Source: Octopus sinensis (Eukaryota). From it: a stretch of DNA of 64,000 nucleotides. The stretch spans positions 211,482,001-211,546,000 of the forward strand of contig NC_042997.1 in the NCBI RefSeq assembly GCF_006345805.1, in the 5' to 3' direction. Positions 24,830-35,548 of the stretch are shown here, in pieces (position 1 is the first letter of the stretch; each line of letters opens with the position of its first letter). The translations under genes were made by a program, and so were the position numbers. The notes below the pieces were generated by a model, which saw only the letters and a program-made list of their open reading frames with translations, was not told where the DNA came from and made no database searches.

Positions 24830-25370
24830 TATCATCGCCATCACCTCCTTTGTCATTTAGCAGCTTTTTTCCCTGCTGGCATGGGTTGGATGGTCTGACC
24901 AGGGCTAGCCAGAAAGAAGACCGCACCAAACATTTGTGTCTGTTTTGACATGGTTTTTATGGCTGGATGCTCTTCCCAACACCAACCACCCCACAGAGTG
25001 GATTGACTGCTTTTTATGTGACACCAGCGCAGGCAAGGTCAGTTTTGGCAAGGTTTCTACTGTTGGATGCCCTTCCAAACACCAACCACTTTACAGTGTG
25101 GAGTGGATGCTTTTTAAGTGGCACCAGCACAGACAGGGTCACCAAGTACCTTGCAAGACAAGAATCCTTTGAGAGGAGAGGGGGCATTGCAGGAGGGGTT
25201 CTTGTGTCAGATGATAAAATGTTAGAGTGAGATGGAGAGATAGAAACATGTGCCTTGCTGAGGAGGAGGTACAAGGTTACCTGGCCTGAGAGATAGGGGA
25301 AGAGGGAGAGAGAGAGATAACAAGAAATAGAACAGAAACAGGTGTACTGCTGTAAAGGAGAGTTGTTATA
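24830..25370 (-). mobile_element. RTE-family long 3' UTR fragment
   Basis: Colinear with 50800-51280 (GGATGCCCTTCCAA...CCAACCACTTTACAG...GTCACCAAGTA..TTGCAAGACAA). Confidence 0.6.
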
Positions 25371-25401
25371 CATATATATATTGCTATTTGTTTATTTTCA
25401 G

Positions 25402-25514
25402 AAACCCGACCACGATACTTTCTTGGTTTACTACAGAAATTATCCTCCATGACATCCAGAGAATATTATGGCATAGAAATAAACCTAATGATTGATTCAA
25501 TTTCTAATGTATCT
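25402..25514 (+). CDS. Macro-PARP gene exon: N-terminus and first strands of the macrodomain (..TRPRYFL...GIEINLMIDSISNVS)
   Basis: TTTTCAG acceptor and TCT|GTGAGT donor. 113 nt, phase 1 to 0, open frame joining VDVIVN of the next exon. Confidence 0.8.
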
Positions 25515-25795
25515 GTGAGTAAATAGATTCATGTAACTTATTTATATTTAATTGTTATTTCATTTCCAAATGAGGAATCATTACAGTTAATTAAAACATT
25601 TTCTCAATCAAACTCAAACATTTTATTTCCTTCACATCTGATATCCTGAGTATATCTTTTGCTAACTTTAACAACCTCAAACTTACTACAGCCATTCTGT
25701 AGAGCCTTTCTTAACAACAATATCAACTGCAACAATGTATCTCTCTTCTCTCCATGGAATGTTCCTTAGCTGTTTACCATTAATTACTTTTCTAG

Positions 25796-26023
25796 GTTGA
25801 TGTCATCGTTAACAGCACCAACGAACATCTCCAGCTTGACAGTGGTGCTATTTCCAAATTAATTCTCAATGCTGCTGGTCCACAGATACAAAGGGAATGT
25901 AACAGGAAATATCCTCAAGGTATTTCAATATATGAAATAGCCGTCACTAAAGGATATAACCTCAAATGTGAGAATGTATTTCATCTGGTATTACCTCCCT
26001 GGGATGAAACTTTTTCTCATTCA
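25796..26023 (+). CDS. Macro-PARP gene exon: macrodomain core (VDVIVNSTNEHLQLDSGAISKLILNAAGPQIQREC...VTKGYNLKCENVFHLVLP)
   Basis: TTTCTAG acceptor and TCA|GTAAGT donor. 228 nt with unmistakable macrodomain motifs. Confidence 0.93.
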
Positions 26024-26853
26024 GTAAGTATCAATCATATGATATTGTTTTATTGAAAGAGTTGTTGTACAACCCTAGGTAATCATTGATCCAGCATCCC
26101 TGTGGCATGAATGGAATTGTCCATAAAACTATGCACAATCCATAGATCTGTTTTTCCAGTCATACAACACCTCTGTCTGCTTCAAGACAGTAGCACGTAC
26201 TTTGATGTCCAGTGATGTACAGTTTGGGCTACAGTGTGACAGTCTGGTGTTGTGGTATTCTGTAGTTTCCAAAGCATGGATTCTGGTTGTTTGAAATTGA
26301 TGTAGACTCTATTCTAGATATTCCCTGAACATTTCGACTCAACCATAGTCTCTTGTGTGCAGTGTAGAGTCTTTTGTGCCTGTGGCACCCTGCCTTGTGG
26401 GTGGTTTTGTTGCTTCTTGCAGTATGTTCTCTCCCAGATTTCCCTCTTGTAAATAATAATTAATCTCCCCTCTTCCATATTATTGTTTTTTTTTTTTTTT
26501 TGTTAATTACAAAATTCCACCTGAATTACACTGTGCAACCACCAAATCTTGGAACATTTCTCTTTCCATTCATGGCATCCATATCTTCACTCAGACCAGA
26601 CTTCCTGCTATCACATGATCTGTGTTGATCCTTCTGTCACATGATCTGTGTTAATCCAATGACCACATGATCTGTTAATCCAATAATCACTAGAAGTTGA
26701 TTAATGTTATTCAAATGTGTAAAACATTTCTGTTTAGAACAACAAATTCTGTGTGGAATCTGTTAATCAAAGAATATATTAATTACAACTTAACGATTCC
26801 TTCCTGTAATAAAATGTTCATTATCAATTTCTAAACAATTATTTTTTTTTTAG

Positions 26854-27081
26854 ATTCTGGTAAACTTGACTCAAATAATAACCATTTGTCTGGAAGAAGC
26901 TGAGGAATTGGGAGCAAAAAGCCTTGCATTTCCTATATTAGGAGCTGGAAAATTGAAGTACCCCATTGAAAACCTACCCAGAACTATGTATGAAGCAGTG
27001 AAAAACTACTCAATTCAAAATTCAAGCCAGATCAAAGATGTTTACTTTGTGGTTTATCCTCAAGACACAGAAATAGTAACG
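26854..27081 (+). CDS. Macro-PARP gene exon: macrodomain C-half (CLEEAEELGAKSLAFPILGAGKLKYP...VYFVVYPQD)
   Basis: Poly-T + TAG acceptor and ACG|GTTGGT donor. 228 nt, overlapping ORF 26866-27090. Confidence 0.93.
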
Positions 27082-27588
27082 GTTGGTTGATGTTTTTGTT
27101 GTTAGTTGTTTGATGTTGATATTCTTGGAATTTACCAAAATGATATTCTGCAATAAAGAAAGAAAATAGAAATGATCCTCATTATGGTTTACTGTCCTTG
27201 TTCTATACTATCAGAAAAACCTTTTGTTGACTGGGTTGAAAAAAGCTGCCAAAATTGTATTATGAATATTGGAAGTTTTTCACTTAGATTATAATTGAAA
27301 ATATACAAGAAATGGCTGTCACCATTCATGTAGATGAGTTGGGCCAATATCATCATAGACAGTCGATAAAACATACATCAGAAAAGAAACACACTCTTAA
27401 GAACAGAGTAGTAATTATTACAACAAAAATTTAAATTTTGGACTTAGAGTCATCAAAGGTTTCGTGTCGCCAAAGCCAAAGCCTTGTGGACAGCTCATAA
27501 GACTCTGTACAAAGTCAAAAAATTAAAATTAAAATTTAACTCTCTCTCTATATACACATGTATACATAATATATTCACACATATATAT

Positions 27589-27632
<44 letters not shown>

Positions 27633-27919
27633 TATACACCACTACACATGTTTCATTTACTAATGGGAATTACAGGATTTTACATGTTAGAGAGACATGT
27701 AAGGAATTTTTGTTTATCCGGTTTCAGGTTCAGTCCCATTGTGTGGCAGCACCTTGGGCATGTGCCATCTGCTATAGCCTTTGGCCGACTAAAGCCTTGT
27801 AACTCAATTTAGTAGGTAGAAGTTATTGTCGTGTGTGTACGTGTGTGTGTGTGCAACTGCTTGTGCCTCCTGACAGAGGCAACTATCCTTCATACAGAGA
27901 AATTAAGTAAGACAAATTT

Positions 27920-28085
27920 TATATGTGGAAGTGTGGGTGTGTAGTAAGAAGCTTGCATCTCAACCACATGGTCCCCGGGTTCAGTCCCACTGTGTGGCAC
28001 CTTGGGCAATTATCTTTTACTATAGCCTTGGGCCAACCAAAGCCTTGAGTAGATTTGGTGGATGGAAACTGAAAGAAGCCTGTCA
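27920..28085 (+). mobile_element. tRNA-derived SINE 5' part
   Basis: Similar to 15990-16150 (GGGTTCAGTCCCACTG...GGAAACTGAAAGAAGCCTGTC). Confidence 0.7.
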
Positions 28086-31000
28086 TCATCATAATTTAAT
28101 GTCGGCTTTTCATGCTGGCATGGGTTTGACAAGCGAGGAGGCTGCACTAGGATCCAATCTGATCTAGTAAGGTTTCTACAGCTGGATGCCCTTCCTAACA
28201 CCAACCACTCCGCGAGTGTAGTGGGTGCTTTTTGAGTCCCACTGGGACCAGTCAGGCGCCACAGGCATCGACCACGCTCAAATGATGCTTTTTACATATC
28301 ACCGATACAGGAACCAGCCCGGCAGCACTGACATTGACCATACTTGAATGGTACTTTGCATGTTCTACTGGCATGGGTGCCACTCTGATGGTACTGGCAT
28401 TGGACACAACAGTGATTTTTCTTGACTCAACAGGTCTTCTCAAGCACAGCACAATTCCCGACAATTGAAGGGAACTCCTAAATGGGCTGGTTATGCGACC
28501 CTGGCATAGGCCATAGCTACAATCTCACTTAGCTTACCAGGTCGTCTCAAGCACAGCATATCTCCAAATGTCTTGGTTGCTTGTCATTGCCTCTGTTAGA
28601 CTCAATGTGCGAAGGTCGTGCTTCACCACCTCATCCCAGGTCTTCCTGGGTCCACCTCTTCCTTCCACAGTTAGAGATCGTCACTTATTGAAACAGCTGT
28701 CCTCATCCATATGTAACACATGACCATACCAGCACAGTTGTCTCAATTGCACACCATATCTGAGGCTTCTTATGTCCAACATTTCTCTCAGAGCGCTTAC
28801 ACTCTGTCGTATATGCACACTGACATTACACATTTAGCAGAGCATACTAGCTTCAGTCCTTGCAAGCTTACGCATGTTCTCAGCAGTCATGGCCCATATT
28901 TCACTGCTGTGTAGCATGGCTGTTTGTACACATGTGTCATACAGTCTACCTTTTACTCTGAACGAGAGGCCCTTTGTCACCAGCAGGGGTAAGACCGCTA
29001 TGAACTTTGCCAAGAATATTCTTATTCTAGGAGCTAGACTCTCAGATCATCCACCACCACTGCTGACTTGGTCACCTAGGTAACAGAAGCTGTCTCCTAC
29101 TTCTAGTTTTTTCCTTTGGCATGTGATGGAATCTGTTTTCTGTACATCTTCTGTGTTCATTGCCCCTGAGCATTTGCCAAACACACAAACCATCTTCCCA
29201 GTTAACCTTCCTTTGACATTGCTGCACCTCTTATGTGTCCACAGCTTGCACCAGGTACATTTTACAGAGTTCGTACCTACACCTTTTCTACAGATTGAGC
29301 AGGGCCATCTACCTGAGGGGATTTGTGGTTTGTTTGCCTTCCTACTTATTAAGACTTTGGTTTTAGCTAGGTTGAGTTTAAGGCCCTTCAATTCTAACCC
29401 TTGCTTCCACATTCTGAACTTCATCTCTAGTTCTGGCAATGACTCAGCTATTAGAGCAAAGTCATCAGCATAGGATTATGATGAACAAGAGGGGGCTGAG
29501 CACCAATCCTTGGTGGACCCTATCCTTACCCGGAATTATTTATTATAGTCGTTGCCATCCTACACCTTACAGACAGCATTCCTGTACATGGCTTGTACAG
29601 TTCTCACTAACCACTTATCTATCCCTAGTTTCCACATTGACCACCAGATAAGGGATCAGGGGACCCTGTCAAAGGATTTCTCCATGTCAACGAAAGCCAG
29701 CTACAGAAGTTTATCTTTGGCTAGGTATTTCTCCTGCAGCTGTCTTACAAGAAATATAGCATTAGTGGTGCTTTTCCCCGGCACAAACCCAAACTGTGCC
29801 TTGTCTAAACTGACTCTCTCCCTGATTAGTTAGGCTATGACCCTTTCCATGACCTGATCCAACAACTTGATACCTCTGTAATTATTCGTATCTAAAGCAT
29901 TACCTTTACCTTTGTAGCAGCTGACTATGGTGCTGCTACATCAGCCATTGAGTATGACACCTTCATGGATCACCTGATTGACTATACAGGTGACTAGGCT
30001 ATAGCCAACACCACCAGATATTTTAAGCATCCCTGCGGTGATTTCTGATGGGCCAGGGACTTTCCCTGTCTTCATACCCTTAATTGTTTTATCTACCAAT
30101 GTACTATCAATTCGGATAGCTGGTCCCTATGTTGGGTCGACATTTGGCAGACTCTCTTTCTCCCATTCATTCTCTTCATTTGGCAACCTTTCATAGTGAT
30201 GTCTCCAAGTCTCTCTCTTTTCAGCCTCATTAAATGCAAGTGAGCCATTATCCATGCGGACACATTTCTCTCCCATGACATCACAATTCTCTCTCACACA
30301 CTGTCTTGCAACGTGAAACACTTCAAGTCTTTCGTCCACCTGACAAAGGAAATTGGCTAATTTTTTCTTATCTGCTTCCCATCTGGCTAAATAAATCTGT
30401 CTCCTAGCTTCCCTTCTGGCAATCTGATACAGTTCCCTGCTACCACTGCACTTCCAGTCCTCCCTTGCCTGTTTCTTTCCCAAATGACTCTGTCAACTAC
30501 ATTGTTCCACCACCATGTCACCTTGGGTAGAGAGGGGACTTTGCACCATCCACATATCTGGTCAGTAGCCCAAAACAACAAGGCATGTGGTTTAGCTGTT
30601 AAAATGTGAAGGCATGTGGTTTAGTGGTTAAAATGTGAAGGCATGTGGTTTAGTGGTTAAAATGTGAAGGCATGTGGTTTGGTGGTTAAAGTGTGAAAGC
30701 GAGTGGTTTAGTGGATAAAATGTGAAGGCATATGGTTTGGTGGTTAAAATGTAAAGGCATGTGACATAGCAGTTAAAATGTGAAGCCACGTGACCTAGTG
30801 GGTAAAATATGAAGGCACGTGGCTTAGTGGTTAAAATGTGAATGCATGTGGTTCAGTGGTTAAAAGTGAAGGCATGTGGTGTACTGGTTAAAATGTTAAG
30901 GCATGTGGTTTAGTGGTTAAAATGTGAAGGCATGTAGTTTAGTGGTTAAAATGTGAAGGCAGGAGGTTTAGTGGTTAAAATGTGAAGGCATGTGGTTTAG

Positions 31001-32600
31001 TGGTTAAAATGTGAAGGCATGTGGTTTAGTGGTTAAAATGTGAAGGCATGTGGTTTAGTGGTTAAAATGTGAAGGCATGTGGTTTAGTGGTTAAAATGTG
31101 AAAGCATGTGATTTAGTGGTTAAGATGTGAAGGCAGGAGTTTTAGTGGTTAAAAGTGAAGGCCTGTGGCGTACTGGTTTAAATGTTAAGGCATGTGGTTT
31201 AGTGGTTAAAATGTGAAGGCATGTGGTTTAGTGGTTAAGATGTGAAGGCAGGAGGTTTAGTGGTTAAAATGTGGAGGCATGTGGTTAAGTGGTTAAAATA
31301 TGAAGGCAGGAGGTGTAGTGGTTAAAATGTGAAGGCAGGAGGTTTAGTGGTTAAAATGTGAAGGCATGTGGTTTAGTGGTTAAAATATGAAGGCAGGAGG
31401 TTTAGTGGTTAAAATGTGAAGGCACGTGATTTAGTGGTTAAAATGTGAAGGCATGTGGTTTAGTGGTTAAAGTGTGAAGGCATGTGGTTTAGTGGTTAAG
31501 ATGTGAAGGCAGGAGATTTTGTGGTTAAAATGTGAAGGTATGTGGTTTAGTGGTTAAAATGTGAAGGCATGTGGTTTAGTGGTTAAAATGTGAAGGCATG
31601 TGGTTTGGTGGTGAAAATGTGAAGGCATGTGGTTTAGTGGTTAAAATGTGAAGGCTATGGTTTAGTGGTTAAAATGTGAAGGCAGAACAGTAGGTGATAT
31701 GTGACTGGCAGGCTTCCTGAAGTTGGTATTGCAAACCATAAGATATCGCAGAACTCCAGGAGTCTGGTTCCCTCCTCATTGTGGGAACCAAAACCATAGC
31801 TCCATGTACGCCATGGAATCCCCCTGCATGTTGTCCAACATGTCCATTGAAGTCACCAGCCACAAAAAGAAGGTCGATGGCATTCATCAACAAGGTAGTC
31901 TGCAAGAGGGTGTCATAGAATCGGTTTTCTGCCCATCAGGTAGCCCCGGTTGAGGGTCATAGGCCGAGATAATGGTTGCTATCCTATGATGAAGCACTAA
32001 TCTAATCTTAAGTATTCTGTCGCATACTCTGACTCCCTCGATTACCTTATCAACCCATTTCTCTGCAAGAAGTATACCCACACCCCCGACCCCGTCAGTG
32101 TTCCCTGCCCAGAAAATCTTGTACCTGTGTTCTTTGCCAGTGAGGAACCTAGCAGAACCTCCTCTCCACCTTACTTCTTGGATGCAGCACAAATCTACAC
32201 GTCTCCATTCAAGCATCTCAACAATCTCACCAGACCTACCATTCAGTGTGCCAACTCTGAGGGTGTGGGAGGTGTGGGCCTGTGAGACCCTGAATTGAGG
32301 GACAGCAGTGTCTTGTAGCTGAAAAGAAAACTCACCTATGGTAGAATTCATAAACAAATAATTGCCTTCAACCTGCATACACCACACCAGCATTTTTATG
32401 CACCCCCAGGTAGGGGTGGGGATGGCGTTAAGCCTTTAGAAGTGTTTGTGGGTGACAAACAAAGGATGACAGGGAACAGGAACTTCCGGTACAGGTGGAG
32501 GGGTGGGAGGGCTGGCAAATTTAGATGAGAGCATCTTCTGGGTTTGTATTCTTTCAGGGGAGTTATTAAAAATCGAGTAGGGGAATCTGAGTGCATGCGC
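28085..32600 (-). mobile_element. Near full-length decayed RTE LINE (APE endonuclease + RT), antisense in an intron
   Basis: Minus-frame peptides VGTLNGRSGEIVEMLE..VDLCCIQEVRWRG, VAGDFNGHVG and KLNLAKTKVL...YLGDQVSSGGG, with an (ATG)n tail at about 28085. Many stops and frameshifts. Confidence 0.88.
30581..31684. repeat. 29-bp minisatellite GGCATGTGGTTTAGTGGTTAAAATGTGAA, about 38 copies
   Basis: Directly readable tandem unit inside the RTE element. Confidence 0.95.
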
Positions 32601-33789
32601 TAGTTTATAGAGGGTGGTGGTGGTGGTGGAACAGGGGGGGGAAGTGTTGGCAAATCAAGTGGTAAATCGAAAGAGAGAGAGAGAGTGAGGCAGAGGGAGA
32701 GAGAGAGTGAGGCAGAGGGGGAGAGAGAAAGAGAGAGGTCAGAGTTTGGGTGGTCAGGCGATACAACAGGAGGAAGAAAACAGCAAATGCCGAAATCGTG
32801 AAATAGAATTGAAAAATCTTAGAATTCCTGGTCAAGGAATCGAGGTGTAGGAAGAAAGTTAGCTTCAGACAATCTGTAGTTAATGTAAAAAGCAACTTTC
32901 AGGAACAATAGTGGTTTACTTATGGAAGGTTGTGGAAACTTTTCATACCGAAATACTATAAACTGAAAAAGTTCTTTTTAGATTTCACGGTAGGCGACCG
33001 AGGTTACTGCGTGTGTGAATAAGAATATAAGAGTTAAGAAATGGAGTAGTTAATATCCGGGCTATATATGTTTCATAGCAAGCAGAATGTTAGGCCAAGG
33101 ATATCTTGATTAAATAAATGTTTTGCATTGTAATAAAGAGGTATATGTTAACACATGGAAGATTCAGTATATATACATTGAGCGTCATATAAACACTTTC
33201 TGTATACAATATGTGTTGGGGACAGAAAAAGATTGTTTGGCTGAACCCGTTCCTTTTCTTCTTTCTCATTTTATCTATACCCACAGTGTTGGGTACACAT
33301 CTGCAGATATACTCTGTAGGACAGTATATATAGCATTGAAGTAAAGCACTGTTGACATACCAGTAATTCACTGGAATTTACTCAAAGCCAGTCTGTTTCA
33401 ACAGAAATGTTCTTCCTTTGTTTTAAACAGTTTTGAAAATAATGAGGAATTAAGTAAAATCGGTTTGTCATTATTAAGCTGGTGTTTGGGCATAACATGG
33501 AATCTTGATACCAATTTCAATTCCATGAATAATTTTCTACAGTCACTTAAACAAGCAAATTTCTTTTCTTTTTATTCTGTAAGTAAAAATTCCTCCCCAA
33601 ACAACAGAATATTCAAAAGCCTCTTCCTCAGAGGAAGTTATTCTATGATACAATAAATGGAAATATTAATTTAAAACAATATTTGTGATAGAAACAATGA
33701 GTTAAAACATTGCATTGTAATTAACAGAAATTAATTAGGAAATTATTTTTTCATTGAGTGATGATAAATTATTTGCTTACTTCTAACAG

Positions 33790-33844
33790 AAATTTAAAGA
33801 ATATTTCCAAGAAATTTTAACAGATGGTTCAACTGCATCATCAG
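33790..33844 (+). CDS. Macro-PARP gene exon: end of the macrodomain helix (KFKEYFQEILTDGSTASS)
   Basis: TAACAG acceptor and CAG|GTAAAT donor. 55 nt, phase 0 to 1, continuing ...DTEIVT-KFKEYF as expected for the last macrodomain helix. Confidence 0.8.
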
Positions 33845-34384
33845 GTAAATTCTTTCTGTTTACTTATATTAAATATTATGCCAGTGTCACGTAACTACCA
33901 CCTGTGCTGGTGTCACACAAATGGCACCCGTGCCAGTGGCACATAGAAAGCACCCATTACACTCTTGGAGTGGTTGGTACTGGGAAGGGCCTTGAACTGT
34001 AGAAAGCATGTCAAATCAGATGGAACCTGGTGCAGCCCCCACCAGCTTACCAGTTCCAAGTCGACCAGTCCAATCCATGCCAGCATGGAAAGCAGATGCT
34101 AAATGATGATGATGATGATGTTGATTTAGAAAATGAGATGACAAAGGAACTTACAGCTGTTTCTTCTATAAGATGCAATGGACTCTTAGCTGAGTGCTGA
34201 ACGGCACCTTGTAGTTTCATCAGAGCCTCAAATAAGAAGGGCAGCTTATTTGGGAGAAGAATTATAATTATGCATCGCCTTACTGGCTCCCAGAACTGTC
34301 TGACTGGCCCTCGTGCCGGTGGCACATACAAAACACCCACTATGCACTTGGAGTGGTTGGCATTAGGAAGGACATCCATCTGTA

Positions 34385-34745
34385 GGGAGCTGCCAGCCAA
34401 GGCTACACAGACCAACAATGCAACCGAGAAAGCATCCCTAGGGAACTGCCAGCCAAGGCTACACAGACCAACCATGCAACCGAGAAAGCATCTCTAGGGA
34501 ACTGCCAGCCAAGGCTACACAGACCAACCATGCAACCAAGATAGCATCCCTAGGGAACTGCCAGCCAAGGCTACACAGACCAACCATGCAACCAAGATAG
34601 CATCCCTAGGGAACTGCCAGCCAAGGCTACACAGACCAACCATGCAACCGAGAAAGCATCCCTAGGGAACTGCCAGCCAAGGCTACACAGACCAACCATG
34701 CAACCGAGAAAGCATCCCTAGGGAACTGCCAATCAAGGCCACACA
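34385..34745. repeat. 56-bp minisatellite, about 6.5 copies
   Basis: GGGAACTGCCAGCCAAGGCTACACAGACCAACCATGCAACCGAGAAAGCATCCCTA starts at 34441, 34497, 34553, 34609 and 34665. Confidence 0.93.
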
Positions 34746-35261
34746 CACCTCCCACCACTCCCTTTGTGGTAGATTTATCCTTATAAAGGCAATCTCTAAT
34801 GTTTTTGTTGTTGGGTGTTCATTCTTCTTGTTATTGCCTTTTTTTGGCAGCAGTACTGTTAAAGAAATACTTTTTGGATGGCTGTTGAATCTGCAGAGAT
34901 CATCCACCCTTTGACAGGTTTTGTTTTTCATCCTGCAGGGTGGCCACCCAGCCTCTGCAGAAGCAATTCCTGTCTTTTCTTTGCCTGTCTTCTCAATGTA
35001 CCCACCCTAACCCTACCCTTTCACTCCACTGGTTACATTTTGCTTCAATAGCAGTATTTAGTTCATGCCACAAAACTCCTTGCTCTCCCAAATTTATGGG
35101 GTTGATGAAATAAGGACCACCTGAGCACTGGGGTCGATACAATCACCTAGCCCCCACCCCCCCCCCCCCAAATTTCAGGCCTTGTTCCCTATAGTAGAAA
35201 GAATTATCAACATTATTATTATCATTATTATTATGTTCTAGTGTTACTTTCTTTCATACAG

Positions 35262-35327
35262 CTTCAACCAAGTCTGAACCAGAGAAGTCACAGAAGAAAA
35301 AATTTAGGCATCGAAATGTGAAAAAAG
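35262..35327 (+). CDS. Macro-PARP gene linker exon (STKSEPEKSQKKKFRHRNVKK)
   Basis: TTTCATACAG acceptor and AAG|GTGAGG donor. 66 nt, phase 1 to 1, open frame. Confidence 0.75.
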
Positions 35328-35548
35328 GTGAGGTGACATGCATTTTGGAGAACTGATTCCTCTATATGAAATGATGGAATCATCTTTTTCTAAAATTTAT
35401 AAAACTGAATGAATTTACAGAGAAAGAAATTTACATAATATTTTATTATTATTATTATTATTTTTTTTTTTCCTTCTTTCTTCAAATTTTCTTCCGTTTC
35501 TCACCGAGTGTTTCCCATACACTATTATTATTATTATTATTATTATTC

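Noticed and set aside
30581-31684. 29-bp repeat resembling CRISPR repeat length
   Set aside because: Head-to-tail with no spacers. It is explained as a SINE A-box-derived minisatellite.
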